A stretch of DNA of 37,393 nt from Myxococcota bacterium (GTDB lineage Bacteria > Myxococcota_C > UBA6777). Positions within the stretch are counted from its first letter, which is position 1; every line of letters starts with the position of its first letter. A program made the position numbers and the translations under genes. The DNA is taken from contig JAKLKB010000089.1 of NCBI GenBank assembly GCA_023150835.1, positions 1 through 37,393 of the forward strand, read 5' to 3'. Under the pieces are notes generated by a model. The model was given only the letters and a program-made list of their open reading frames with translations, was not told where the DNA came from and ran no database searches. Shown piece after piece: positions 10,143-20,510 of the stretch.

Positions 10143-10838
10143 CTAGGCAGAGTGAGAAGACGCCCCATGCGAAGACCCGACGACGGTCGTGCTGGTGTTT
10201 GGAGCGGCCTGTTGGCCACGCAACAACACCATGACGCCGAGGATCGCCATCAAGAGCAAGACGGAGATCAGTTCAAAGATCAGGGCATTGTGCGTAATAA
10301 AATAAGCGCCGACTGTGCGCACCGAACCAAAGTTCTCTTGCGCGGTGGGTTGGGTGCGTATCTCGGCAGACGCCAAAAACGGCGGAGGGACGGGCGATTT
10401 CGCCCATTGGAGAGCGGGGCGCAAGGCTTTCGGTGACGGTTGGCCGATCGGAGTGTTTGAAGGCGAAGCCATCGGTGCAGGACGCAACGGCTCACCAAGC
10501 AAACCACCGAGTCCGCCCGCCCCAAGCAACAGCACCAACAATCCGACACTCAAGGCGATCTGCCGACCTGCGGGCAAAAAGCCTTGAAAACCTCCGCGTC
10601 CAAAGCCCATCATCATCAACACAAAGACGATCAAGACCACCACCGCACCCGCATAAACAAGGATCTGGATCACCGCCAAAAAGTGCGCGTTCAAGATCGC
10701 ATACTCGACAGCCACCCCAAGCAGCGTAAGCAACAAGAAAAAAGCAGCGTAGATCGCGTTGCGCGACAACACCACCATCAAGGCAGAAGCCAGCGTCATC
10801 GCAGCGATCACTGTCGCAAAGAGATTTTGCATATCCAT
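10143..10838 (-). CDS. nuoJ: NADH-quinone oxidoreductase subunit J
   Basis: FLAVIQILVYAGAVVVL, FELISVLLL; Pro-rich insertion before the last helix. Confidence 0.95.
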   Translation of the reverse strand: MDMQNLFATVIAAMTLASALMVVLSRNAIYAAFFLLLTLLGVAVEYAILNAHFLAVIQILVYAGAVVVLIVFVLMMMGFGRGGFQGFLPAGRQIALSVGLLVLLLGAGGLGGLLGEPLRPAPMASPSNTPIGQPSPKALRPALQWAKSPVPPPFLASAEIRTQPTAQENFGSVRTVGAYFITHNALIFELISVLLLMAILGVMVLLRGQQAAPNTSTTVVGSSHGASSHSA

Positions 10839-10946
10839 CCAACCACTCCTTCGTACCGTTCAGCCAACGCGCCGATCTCGGATGATGCGATCGTGCTGAT
10901 CGGGTTCGGATTGCCAAACGCCCATCCATTCGGGGGATACGTGCGT

Positions 10947-11495
10947 TTAGATCAAACCTGCTTTGCGCTTGGCTTCCAACTCGCGGTCGCCCAGATAGGC
11001 CCCCGCACGCGGCTTCATTTCCAACAACCGATCGAGCGTAAAGAGAAAATCTTCTCGCCGCGTCCCCATCAGATCGCCCACTTCCGAATCCATGCGGATG
11101 GCGTCTTTTGGGCAGGCTTCCACACAAAAGCCACACATCACGCAACGCAACTCGTCGATCACAAAACTGATCGGGCGCTTTTCGATCGCATCGTCAGGCG
11201 ATGGTTCGGCGATGATCTCGATCGCAACAGCAGGGCAAGCCGTCGCGCACATATAGCACGCAACACACTTGGGCGTACCATCGGGACGTTTCACCAACCG
11301 ATGAAGCAAGCGCACCCGTTGAGGATAGGGGCGCGGCTCTTCGGGATATTCCCACGTCTGGATCGTGCGGCTGCGCGAAGCTGCTCCCCAAAGATTCCGC
11401 ACCAGATGGCCGAAAGTCACCAACAACCCTTTGGCGATCTCCCAAAAATACACCTTTTCGCGTAACGAATACGCTGGTCGTGGAACGACGATCAT
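10947..11495 (-). CDS. nuoI: NADH-quinone oxidoreductase subunit I
   Basis: Two 4Fe-4S motifs CVACYMCATACP and CVMCGFCVEACP. Start at MIVVPRP after GGGAG. Confidence 0.96.
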   Translation of the reverse strand: MIVVPRPAYSLREKVYFWEIAKGLLVTFGHLVRNLWGAASRSRTIQTWEYPEEPRPYPQRVRLLHRLVKRPDGTPKCVACYMCATACPAVAIEIIAEPSPDDAIEKRPISFVIDELRCVMCGFCVEACPKDAIRMDSEVGDLMGTRREDFLFTLDRLLEMKPRAGAYLGDRELEAKRKAGLI

Positions 11496-11508
11496 CAAAA
11501 ACTCCCTC

Positions 11509-12816
11509 TCAACGAAGCCAACCAAGCCACAGCCGCGCAAAAGCGAACGTCAAAAAGATATTCGCCACACCCAGCGGAAGCATATACTTCCACCCCAACT
11601 GCATCACTTGATCATAGCGGAAACGTGGGAGCGTCCAACGCACCCAGATAAAAAAGAAAGAAAAGAAAAAGGTCTTGGCACAAAAAGCCGTGATCTGAAG
11701 CAAGAGCACCACCACCACAGGAAACCACGGATACTTGGCGATATCCAAGCTTGGGATCACCCCCAAGCCCAACCACAACAGACCCACACCACCAAGCAAC
11801 GTCAGCGGCAAAAACACCTTAGGTTCGTGATCACGGCGATCTCCCCACGCAAAAAACGGACGGCGGATCGCGTCGATCAGCGAGACGCTGATCAACAAAA
11901 GCACGACACCACCCGAGATCATCATCCCCGAAAAGATCAACGCGCTGTTTTGCTTGATCATCGCAGTAGACAAGAACGGGACTTGCCAGCCACCAAAGAA
12001 CAGGGTCGAGATCACCGCCGCACCCACGACCATATTGACGTATTCACTCATAAAAAACAGAGCGAACTTGAAGCTTGAGTATTCGAGGTGAAACCCCGCG
12101 ACAAGCTCTGATTCGCCTTCGGGAAGGTCGAAGGGCATACGGTTGGTTTCAGCAAACATCGCCGTCAAGAACAACAAAAAGCCGATCGGCGATAGCACCA
12201 CGCCCCACGTCAGAGGGTTGGCTCCTTGTGCGCGCACCATCTCCGCAAGATCCGTAGTTCCATAAGCGATCAAGATCCCGATCACCGACAAACCAAGGGC
12301 GACTTCATAGCTGATCATCTGCGAAGAAGCACGCACTGCCCCAAGAAAAGAGAACTTGTTGCCTGAGGACCAGCCCGCAAGGATGATCCCGTAGACGCTG
12401 AGGCTAGAGATCGCAAAGATGTACAAGATCCCCGCGTTGAGGGGGGCGATCTGAAGATGAAGCGCCTTGCCCCAGATCGCGATCGGCTCGCCAAAAGGGA
12501 TCACCGCCATCGTCATGATCGCGATGGTCATCACCAAAAAAGGCGCAAAGCGAAAGAACGTCTTGTCGGCAGCTTTGGGTTCGAGATCCTCTTTAACCAA
12601 AAGCTTGATCACGTCCGCGACGTTGTGGATCATCCCAAAAAGGCGGATACCCAAGATGTTTGCGCGGTTTGGTCCTCGGCGATCTTGGATGTAGGCCGAG
12701 ACTTTGCGCTCCATAAAGATCATCGTGGGCAGCATCAAAGCGACCACAAAGCCAAACATAAACAAAAAAGGAACCAAAAATTGGATCAACGGCCAGAGCG
12801 CATCAAGATTCATCAC
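11509..12816 (-). CDS. nuoH: NADH-quinone oxidoreductase subunit H (long form)
   Basis: ERKVSAYIQDRRGPNR, AETNRMPFDLPEGESELVAG, RWTLPRFRYDQ; 435 aa. Confidence 0.97.
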   Translation of the reverse strand: MMNLDALWPLIQFLVPFLFMFGFVVALMLPTMIFMERKVSAYIQDRRGPNRANILGIRLFGMIHNVADVIKLLVKEDLEPKAADKTFFRFAPFLVMTIAIMTMAVIPFGEPIAIWGKALHLQIAPLNAGILYIFAISSLSVYGIILAGWSSGNKFSFLGAVRASSQMISYEVALGLSVIGILIAYGTTDLAEMVRAQGANPLTWGVVLSPIGFLLFLTAMFAETNRMPFDLPEGESELVAGFHLEYSSFKFALFFMSEYVNMVVGAAVISTLFFGGWQVPFLSTAMIKQNSALIFSGMMISGGVVLLLISVSLIDAIRRPFFAWGDRRDHEPKVFLPLTLLGGVGLLWLGLGVIPSLDIAKYPWFPVVVVLLLQITAFCAKTFFFSFFFIWVRWTLPRFRYDQVMQLGWKYMLPLGVANIFLTFAFARLWLGWLR

Positions 12817-14360
12817 GCCTCCTTGCTCTGATCAGCGGAGGGCGCACAAAGCCCGATCTCTCCGAGTCCGTCAAACGTCATCTTTGCAAACAGCGGATGT
12901 TCGGTCGCCATCGCCCGAAAGACCTCCGCTGCCGAAGCGTATCGCTTGCCTCCGAAGGCTTCGCTCCAGCGGCTCGCAAGCTGCCAAAGCGGGACAACGC
13001 CTTCAGGAGCCGAGACCACAGAGAGAAACCGCTGCACGCGCCCTTGAAAGTTGGTAAACGAACCCTCGTACTCTGCCCACATCGCCATCGGCAAGACCAC
13101 ATCTGCGGATCTTGCGGTTGGGCAGTCGTGGGTTCCAACATAGATCACTCCCGCAAGTTGCGGATACAACGAGCGTTCAGGCAAAGCGTCTTCTTGGATC
13201 ACCAACGCCAACGTCGCGGTCTTGAGCCGCACAGCGAATTCTTCGGTTCCCGAAAATGCCGAAACCCCGTTGCGATTGGGCGTGCGATCTGCACGCCGCA
13301 ACAGCGCGTCATCTTCCCAACCTACGGGGCTTTCGCGCAAGCTCGAAGCGACGGGCGCTTGCATCATCTTGAGCAACCTCGCCAACGCAAAAGCATCTTC
13401 GTTGCTGACCGATGCAGATCCTTGTGTGGCGGTGTGCTTGGCATGTTTCTCAAGCAACCGAAGCGCTTCAGAAAAAGCCACCGAAGGCGTGACCGCCACC
13501 CGCTTTCCATCTTTGCGCAACATCGGTGCATTCAGGCGATCTTCGTTTCGGATCGCTTTGTACAACAAGCGCCCATCATCGCACATCCACGACTGGTTGA
13601 CCGCGTTGTTGTTGCGCGGGCGCATACGCTGGGCCTCGCCGCGATAATGATCGACAACGATATTGCATCCACGCGCACAGCCCGGGCAGATCGATTGCTG
13701 GTGTTTGAGATACCACACGCGCACTTTGAAGCGAAAATCGTTTTGGGTGAGCGCTCCCACAGGGCAGATATCCGCAAGGTTCGTTGAATAGGGGTTGTTG
13801 ACTTCTTTGACCGCTTGGATCTCAGCATGATCGCCGCGCTGCATAATCCCCATCTCGTGGGTCTTGGTGATCTCGTCGGTAAAACGGACACAACGAGAAC
13901 AAAGGATACAGCGTTCCGCGTCCAAGGTGAGCGTGGGGCCGATCTTTTGGACCTTGGCTTTGTGGACTTTGGGCAGCGTGAACTTGGTGTTGTAGAGACC
14001 GTAATCTTGGTAATTGTTTTGAAGGCCGCATTCACCGGCCTGATCGCACACAGGACAATCCAACGGGTGATTGATCAGCGTGAACTCCAAGACTTCGCGG
14101 ACGGCCTCTTGGACTTTGGGAGAGTCTGTGCGGATCACTTGCCCCGGCTGGACGGGCGTCGAGCAAGAGGGTTGAAGTTTGCGTTGCCCTTCGACATCGA
14201 CAAGACACATCCGACAGACGGCAGGACGCGAAAGATGGGGATGATAACAATAGTGAGGGATCTCGACACCAGCTTGAGCGGCAGCCTCGATAATCAAAGT
14301 GCCTTTGGGGGCCACCACCTCTTTGCCGTTGATCGTGATCTTGACCGTTTCTTGTGCCAT
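12813..14360 (-). CDS. nuoG: NADH-quinone oxidoreductase subunit G (short form, 515 aa)
   Basis: CRMCLV, HPLDCPVCDQAGEC, CILCSRCVRF...CPVGAL, CPGCARGC. Start at MAQETVK just after the nuoF stop. Confidence 0.93.
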   Translation of the reverse strand: MAQETVKITINGKEVVAPKGTLIIEAAAQAGVEIPHYCYHPHLSRPAVCRMCLVDVEGQRKLQPSCSTPVQPGQVIRTDSPKVQEAVREVLEFTLINHPLDCPVCDQAGECGLQNNYQDYGLYNTKFTLPKVHKAKVQKIGPTLTLDAERCILCSRCVRFTDEITKTHEMGIMQRGDHAEIQAVKEVNNPYSTNLADICPVGALTQNDFRFKVRVWYLKHQQSICPGCARGCNIVVDHYRGEAQRMRPRNNNAVNQSWMCDDGRLLYKAIRNEDRLNAPMLRKDGKRVAVTPSVAFSEALRLLEKHAKHTATQGSASVSNEDAFALARLLKMMQAPVASSLRESPVGWEDDALLRRADRTPNRNGVSAFSGTEEFAVRLKTATLALVIQEDALPERSLYPQLAGVIYVGTHDCPTARSADVVLPMAMWAEYEGSFTNFQGRVQRFLSVVSAPEGVVPLWQLASRWSEAFGGKRYASAAEVFRAMATEHPLFAKMTFDGLGEIGLCAPSADQSKEA

Positions 14361-14365
14361 ACAGA

Positions 14366-15625
14366 TCACCTTGCTTGTTTGGGGGTCACGGCCTTTTGAA
14401 AGGCTTCGGGGAAAGTACGCAAAAAGCCTTCCATCGGCCATGCTGCGGCATCTGCAAGCGCACAGATCGTTCGTCCCTTCATGCCTGCGCTGATGTGCGA
14501 AAGCATCTGGAGATCTTGTGCAGCACCTTTTCCTGCATAAATCCGCTTCATCGTCTTGTACAACCAGCCCGTACCTTCGCGGCAGGGCGTACATTGCCCA
14601 CAGGACTCGTCTGCATAAAAGCGTGCGATCACCGTCATCGCCTCGATCACACTAAAGTCATCGGGAAGCACGATGATTCCTGCCGTACCAAGGGCGCTTC
14701 CGAGCTTGTCGAGCGACTCATAACTGATCTTGGCTTGTTCGCATTGGACGGGCGTCAACGGTGGTGTGGACGATCCACCCGGGATCACCGCCCCAAGCGT
14801 CTTGCCTTCGATCATCCCACCCGCCAACTCGTTGATGAATGTCATCAGCGGCATACCCATCTCGATCTCGTAGACACCGGGCCGTTTGACAGGCCCCGAG
14901 ATCCCCACAAGCTTCGTGCCCGTACTCTCGGGGGTTCCGAGCTTTGCGTACTCCGCGCCGCCATTCAATACGATCCACGGCATCACCGCAAGCGTTTCGA
15001 CGTTGTTGATCACCGTAGGACATTGGAAAAGCCCTTCGCTCGCAGGAAATGGGGGCTTGTTGCGCGGTTGGCCTTTTTTGCCCTCCAGCGACTCCAACAT
15101 CCCCGTCTCTTCGCCGCAAATGTAAGCTCCCGCACCGCGATGTAAGATCAACTCCAGATCAAACGCCGTCCCACAGATACCTTTTCCAAGATAACCGTGA
15201 TCGTAAGCTTCTTGGATAGCGCGTTCGAGCATCTTGGCTTCTTCGGTAAACTCGCCTCGGATGTAGATAAAGGCCGTATGCGATTGGACCGCCCACGCAC
15301 AGATGGCGATGCCTTCGATCAAACTGTGCGGATCTTTGTGGATGATCTCGCGATCCTTGAAAGTGCCGGGTTCGGATTCATCGGCGTTACAAACCACATA
15401 CTTGGGCTTGTCGGTCTTTTTGGGAATAAACGACCACTTCATCCCCGCAGGGAAGCCCGCACCACCGCGCCCACGCAACTTGGATTGCTTGGCCTCTTCG
15501 ATCACTGCGTCGGGTTCCATTCCCAAAGCCTTCTTGATTGCGGCATATCCGCCATTTTTGAGATAGCCGTCCAGCATCTTATGATTCGGGTCGTGCCAAT
15601 ACTTGGTAAGGAGCTTCTTTTCCAT
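14366..15625 (-). CDS. nuoF: NADH-quinone oxidoreductase subunit F
   Basis: LRGRGGAGFP, NADESEPGTFKDR, GAGAYICGEET, ESCGQCTPCREG. Confidence 0.98.
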   Translation of the reverse strand: MEKKLLTKYWHDPNHKMLDGYLKNGGYAAIKKALGMEPDAVIEEAKQSKLRGRGGAGFPAGMKWSFIPKKTDKPKYVVCNADESEPGTFKDREIIHKDPHSLIEGIAICAWAVQSHTAFIYIRGEFTEEAKMLERAIQEAYDHGYLGKGICGTAFDLELILHRGAGAYICGEETGMLESLEGKKGQPRNKPPFPASEGLFQCPTVINNVETLAVMPWIVLNGGAEYAKLGTPESTGTKLVGISGPVKRPGVYEIEMGMPLMTFINELAGGMIEGKTLGAVIPGGSSTPPLTPVQCEQAKISYESLDKLGSALGTAGIIVLPDDFSVIEAMTVIARFYADESCGQCTPCREGTGWLYKTMKRIYAGKGAAQDLQMLSHISAGMKGRTICALADAAAWPMEGFLRTFPEAFQKAVTPKQAR

Positions 15626-16104
15626 TACGGCAACTCTTCCAAGATCTTGTCGATCTTCTCGATGGTAAGGTTAAGATGGTACTTGTCGTTGATCTGCATC
15701 ATCGGCGCTTCACCACACGCGCCCAAACATTCGACTCGCGTCAACGTAAAGCGCCCATCTTCGGTCGTTTCGCCAAGATGCGCCTTGGACTGCACACCGA
15801 GCCGATGTTCGAGATGTTGGATCAACTTCTCCGCGCCCATCAGCGTACAAGAGAGGTTATGACAAGCCATGATGTGGTACTTTCCGATGGGTTCACGGTA
15901 AAACATCGTGTAAAACGTGACCACTTCGGACACCGCTGCACGGGGGATATCCAGTTCCTTTGCCACCAGTTCTTCGACTTCATCGGACAGATAGCCAAAG
16001 TCTTCTTGCACAAGGTGCAACACAGGCAACAAGGTGGCCTGCCGCCGAGGATATCGCTCCAACAAGGCTTTGATCTTCGTTTTCGTTTCAGGTTTGAGCT
16101 GCAT
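15625..16104 (-). CDS. nuoE: NADH-quinone oxidoreductase subunit E
   Basis: VVTFYTMF, CHNLSC, ECLGAC (2Fe-2S ligands). Confidence 0.97.
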   Translation of the reverse strand: MQLKPETKTKIKALLERYPRRQATLLPVLHLVQEDFGYLSDEVEELVAKELDIPRAAVSEVVTFYTMFYREPIGKYHIMACHNLSCTLMGAEKLIQHLEHRLGVQSKAHLGETTEDGRFTLTRVECLGACGEAPMMQINDKYHLNLTIEKIDKILEELP

Positions 16105-16108
16105 CGTG

Positions 16109-17809
16109 TTACCTCTCTAGCTCGCCAGCGATGATGTTGTAGGAGCTAAACACGATCACTGCATCGGCCAGCAACGACCCTTTCGCGATATCGGTGTAGG
16201 TCTGCATCACCGAAAAACAGGGCGGATGAACATGGCAACGATGCGGCTTTCCGCCGCCGTCGCTCACAAGATAAAAGCCCAGCTCGCCATTCGCCCCTTC
16301 GGTGTAAAGATAAGCTTCGCCCGCAGGGATGCGTTCGCCGCGATAGATGATATTAAAGTGCCGAATCATCGACTCCATCTTGGAGTAAGTGTCTTCGAGC
16401 GGTGGCAGGGTCATGTCTTGGACATCAGCCATCACGGGCTGCCCTTTGGTTTTTGCGAGGCCCTTGAGACCTTGCTCCAAGATCCGCAAACACTGTTTCA
16501 TCTCATACACCCGCACCATCAAGCGATCAAAGGTGTCGCCTGCCGATCCCACAACCACACTAAAGTCGACTTGATCATAAAAATTGTACGGATACTGCTT
16601 GCGTACATCGTAGTCGTACCCCGTCGCACGAGCGATCGGTCCCGAAAGGCCGAACGCGATCGCTTGTTCAGGAGTCATCCGACCGACGTTGACGGTGCGA
16701 TCCAAAAAGACGCGATTCTTGGTAATCAAGCGCTCTACGTCGCCCAAGTACTTTTCGACCACCCCTCGGATATTGCGTACGTCGTCCTCGAATCCCTCGT
16801 AGATATCGAGCGCATAACCACCGATGCGATCGCAAGTACTCGTCAAACGACTGCCCACAAAACGATCCAACACCCGATAACCCGCTTCGCGGATCTTGAA
16901 GAAGTACCAAAAGTTGGTCAGCGCCCCCATATCGACCAAAGCCGGCCCAAGCAGCGTGCAGTGATCCATAATTCGACCGATCTCGGCCATGATCATCCGC
17001 AACCACTTGGTTCGTTCGGGAACTTCGATACCTGCGAGCTTTTCCACCGCCATCGCGTATGTTTGTGTGTTGATCGGCGCGGAAACATAGTTCAACCGAT
17101 CTGCGTACGGCATCACCAAGCCCCATGTGTGGGCCTCGGCCTCTTTCTCCATGCAGCGGTGCAGATAGCCGATCTCGACTTGGCCGTCCACCAACATCTC
17201 GCCGTCTAGTTCGGCCACAAGCCGCATAATCCCGTGTGTCACAGGGTGCGAGGGTCCGATATTCACCACCAAGGTTTCGGTTCCGTCGTCTTTGGTGTGA
17301 GACTTGACACCGAACCATTCGATCGGAGCGGACTCATCGAGATGTTGGCGCTTTTCTTTCGGGTAGTCTTTGCGCAACGGGTGGCCTTCAAACTTCCAAT
17401 GCGTCAAGATCCGCTTGAGAAAAGGATGCCCCTCAAACTGGATGCCGAACATATCGTAGGTTTCGCGCTCATACCAATTGGCTGTCTTATAATGCTCCAC
17501 CAACGAAGGGATTTTGGGTTCAGCCGCCGAGACAGGCACACGCAAACGCAAGCGTTTCCAAGTGTCGGTGGACATCAGATGGTAGATCGCTTCCAAACGT
17601 TCGGGGCGTTCGGGGTAATCGTTACCACAGATGTCAACGAGCTTGTTCATCCGACCGAGACGGGGAGGGATCTTTTCTCGTAGAAACGTGACCATCGGGA
17701 TCAAACCTTCGGCGTCGATGATCGCGGTGTCATCGCCTCGATGGCTATGGGTTTCCCTGATGTATTGGGGAAATTGACGTTGCAACTCTTCAAGCACAGC
17801 CCGACTCAT
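16109..17809 (-). CDS. nuoCD: NADH-quinone oxidoreductase fused subunit C/D
   Basis: NuoC motifs [12 protein letters not shown] and GHPLRKDYP followed in frame by NuoD motifs [23 protein letters not shown]. Confidence 0.96.
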   Translation of the reverse strand: MSRAVLEELQRQFPQYIRETHSHRGDDTAIIDAEGLIPMVTFLREKIPPRLGRMNKLVDICGNDYPERPERLEAIYHLMSTDTWKRLRLRVPVSAAEPKIPSLVEHYKTANWYERETYDMFGIQFEGHPFLKRILTHWKFEGHPLRKDYPKEKRQHLDESAPIEWFGVKSHTKDDGTETLVVNIGPSHPVTHGIMRLVAELDGEMLVDGQVEIGYLHRCMEKEAEAHTWGLVMPYADRLNYVSAPINTQTYAMAVEKLAGIEVPERTKWLRMIMAEIGRIMDHCTLLGPALVDMGALTNFWYFFKIREAGYRVLDRFVGSRLTSTCDRIGGYALDIYEGFEDDVRNIRGVVEKYLGDVERLITKNRVFLDRTVNVGRMTPEQAIAFGLSGPIARATGYDYDVRKQYPYNFYDQVDFSVVVGSAGDTFDRLMVRVYEMKQCLRILEQGLKGLAKTKGQPVMADVQDMTLPPLEDTYSKMESMIRHFNIIYRGERIPAGEAYLYTEGANGELGFYLVSDGGGKPHRCHVHPPCFSVMQTYTDIAKGSLLADAVIVFSSYNIIAGELER

Positions 17810-18447
17810 GCGCTCACCTCGCTATCCTCGGAAGAACCTTTGGCGGCAGACGCCCCTTCTCGCTCGCGCCGCTTGCGCTCGGCTTCTTGCTTGGCGACCA
17901 CAACAGGCAGCGACACTTTGGACTCGGCGGCTTGGATACCCAACAGCGTCCCCCCCGCTTCACCGCGATCTCGGCGAAAGCCTTCTTTTTGCACTTTGTC
18001 TTGCAGCTCGATTACTGCGTTCAAGATCGCCTCAGGACGGGGCGGACAACCCGGGACATACACATCCACAGGAATGATCCCATCGATACCTTGAAGGGTA
18101 TGATAATTCTGATAAAACCCACCCGACGAAGCACACACTCCCACCGCGATTACCCACTTGGGTTCGGGCATCTGATCGTAGATGCGCTTGAGGATCGGCG
18201 CTTGTTTGCACGTGATCGTCCCAAGCACCAACAACACATCGGCTTGACGGGGCGAAAACCGCACCAACTCCGCACCAAAACGCGCCAAGTCGTAATCCCC
18301 TGCTGTCACCGCCATAAACTCAATGGCACAACACGCTGTGCCAAAAGGATACGGCCACATCGAGTATTTTCGCCCCCAACTCACCAACTTCTCCAAAGAA
18401 GTCGCAAGAAAGTTGGTTTCTTTATTTTGGCTCCAAAGCGTATCCAT
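17806..18447 (-). CDS. nuoB: NADH-quinone oxidoreductase subunit B
   Basis: [38 protein letters not shown]. Confidence 0.97.
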   Translation of the reverse strand: MDTLWSQNKETNFLATSLEKLVSWGRKYSMWPYPFGTACCAIEFMAVTAGDYDLARFGAELVRFSPRQADVLLVLGTITCKQAPILKRIYDQMPEPKWVIAVGVCASSGGFYQNYHTLQGIDGIIPVDVYVPGCPPRPEAILNAVIELQDKVQKEGFRRDRGEAGGTLLGIQAAESKVSLPVVVAKQEAERKRREREGASAAKGSSEDSEVSA

Positions 18448-18459
18448 CGACGCACTCCG

Positions 18460-18927
18460 CTACGGAATCATCCGTGAATTTTGTATCGATCTTGATCCGT
18501 CTGCCTTTGCTCTCGCGGCTCGATCTTCGGGGGGTCGTTGGAGGTTTGTGGGGGTCGTTTCGGTGCGCATACCCCATTCAAGGACGCGCTGCTTGACAAC
18601 ATACACCCACCCCACCAACAAGATCACCGTAAACAGCAGCCCTTCGACGAGCCAAAAGATCACGCCGATCCCCGCTTGATCTTGGACTGCCCAAGGGTAG
18701 AAAAACACCACTTCCAGATCAAACAGCAAAAACAGGATCACCACCAGATAAAACTTGATCGAAAACTTCCCAAGAAAGCTGCCCTCCACAGGCAAGCCAC
18801 ACTCAAAGTTGCTTTCCTTCACAGGTTCGGGCTTATGCGGCCCCACAAAGCGCGAAAGCAACAAAAAAGCCCCTGAAAAGATCGCCGCGATCACCCCCAA
18901 CAACAAGATATTTCCGTAAGCGTTCAT
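18460..18927 (-). CDS. nuoA: NADH-quinone oxidoreductase subunit A
   Basis: FECG, KFYLVVILFLLFDLEVVFFYPWA; GGAGG SD before the ATG of MNAYGN. Confidence 0.96.
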   Translation of the reverse strand: MNAYGNILLLGVIAAIFSGAFLLLSRFVGPHKPEPVKESNFECGLPVEGSFLGKFSIKFYLVVILFLLFDLEVVFFYPWAVQDQAGIGVIFWLVEGLLFTVILLVGWVYVVKQRVLEWGMRTETTPTNLQRPPEDRAARAKADGSRSIQNSRMIP

Positions 18928-19235
18928 CGAAGATCCTCCACACCGAAGCTCATGCCTGTTCTCGATTTGTGTCAAAGCGTGACGCCACTCCATGCGATCT
19001 GTCAAAGATTACGGGAAGGTGTTATACACCCCTCCTGCTTAGATGCAACGATCCACGCGCCTTATGGAAACATGAAACATCTTGTTGCACGAAAATTTTG
19101 CGACACACCCACAAACGGCTACACTCGGCCTTTGCGCGTGGTACAGGTTCAGGATGTTCTTGTACAGCCCCGCCCCCCCACAAAACCGTTCGGCACCTCT
19201 CCTACTCCACCGAACCCACAAAGGAATCACCTCGG

Positions 19236-20501
19236 ATGCCCTTGCGCACACCACCTATCCAACACGCCCACGCAAACCCACAACGCACCCCCAAAGCGCA
19301 ACCTCCCTCCATAGCGCAGCGTACCTCCCGCACATCGGCCCGACATCCCCTCCCGCTCGTTGCTGTCTTACGAAGCCCCATCCAGACCGTTGCATCGGCG
19401 TTATGCGTGTTGCTGCTTTTTTTGGGGGAACGCGCAGAGGCTCATCCTCCCAAGACGCTCACCGAAAAAGGCCCTTTTCATCCCTGCCAACAGCCACCCG
19501 ACGGGATGATCTGCATCTCGGGAGGCGCTTACATCCAAGGCAGCGATCGCAACGCCCATCACAACGACGCTCGGCTGCGAGCGGAGTCTCCGCGCCACCG
19601 CGTGATCCTCCAAACCTTTTACATCGACAAAACCGAAGTCACCAACCAAGACTACCTCAAGTGCATGAAAGCGGGATGGTGCCAACCGCCCTCCTATTGG
19701 GCCAATCCGCGAGGTACGATGTGGCCGCGTTTTCGCACGCCCACCCGCCCTTTTGTGCGCGCAACATGGGATATGGCTGCCGAATACTGCCGCTACGTTG
19801 GAAAGCGCCTATTGACCGAAGCCGAGTGGGAAGCCGCAGCACGCGGTCCCAAGGGCGAAACCTACCCTTGGGGAAACCAGCCACCAAGCTGCAAATGGGC
19901 CAACTACCGCGTCGAACCGTCTCATACTTCTTATCCCCCTTCTCGCAAGATGCGCTTTTGCCCTAGGCCCGATGCAAAAGACCAAACACCGCTTCCTATT
20001 GGACAAGATCAAACATGGCCTGTCGGTATCACTCCGCCTTTTCGCGGGATCTACGATATGGCGGGCAACGGCTACGAATGGGTTCAAGACTTCTATGACC
20101 CCGACGCTTACGCCTGTGCTTCCACCGATCCCGCCCAATGCACCCGCATCGCCCCCAAAGGCCCTTGCGATGGCAAAGGCAGCGTCTGTACCGTGATGCG
20201 CGATCACCTCTGGATCTGGCAAAAAGAACGCGGCCAACAAGGCCCACACGCCGCAACACCCCGTTGGAAGCGCATCAAACGAAAACTCCCCCGCAGCCGA
20301 CGCTTTGTATTTCGCAAACGCATCCTCAAAGGCGGATCTTGGTGGTGGTTTGCCGATCACCTGCGCGGCGCATGGCGACGACCTGATGGCCCCTACACAG
20401 GAAATCACCGCCTCAGCATCCGTTGTGGTAGCTCTACTCACGCCCCTCAGATCCTCCCTGCCCGCGATGTCCAACTCAAACACCAACGCCCCCGCCGCTA
20501 A
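19236..20501 (+). CDS. Exported FGE-sulfatase (SUMF1-like) domain protein
   Basis: FYIDKTEVTN, KRLLTEAEWEAAARG, YPWGN, YDMAGNGYEWVQD, KGGSW; hydrophobic stretch ending AEA resembles a signal peptide. Start uncertain (ATG after AAGGA chosen). Confidence 0.85.
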   Translation: MPLRTPPIQHAHANPQRTPKAQPPSIAQRTSRTSARHPLPLVAVLRSPIQTVASALCVLLLFLGERAEAHPPKTLTEKGPFHPCQQPPDGMICISGGAYIQGSDRNAHHNDARLRAESPRHRVILQTFYIDKTEVTNQDYLKCMKAGWCQPPSYWANPRGTMWPRFRTPTRPFVRATWDMAAEYCRYVGKRLLTEAEWEAAARGPKGETYPWGNQPPSCKWANYRVEPSHTSYPPSRKMRFCPRPDAKDQTPLPIGQDQTWPVGITPPFRGIYDMAGNGYEWVQDFYDPDAYACASTDPAQCTRIAPKGPCDGKGSVCTVMRDHLWIWQKERGQQGPHAATPRWKRIKRKLPRSRRFVFRKRILKGGSWWWFADHLRGAWRRPDGPYTGNHRLSIRCGSSTHAPQILPARDVQLKHQRPRR

Positions 20502-20510
20502 CTTCCACCG

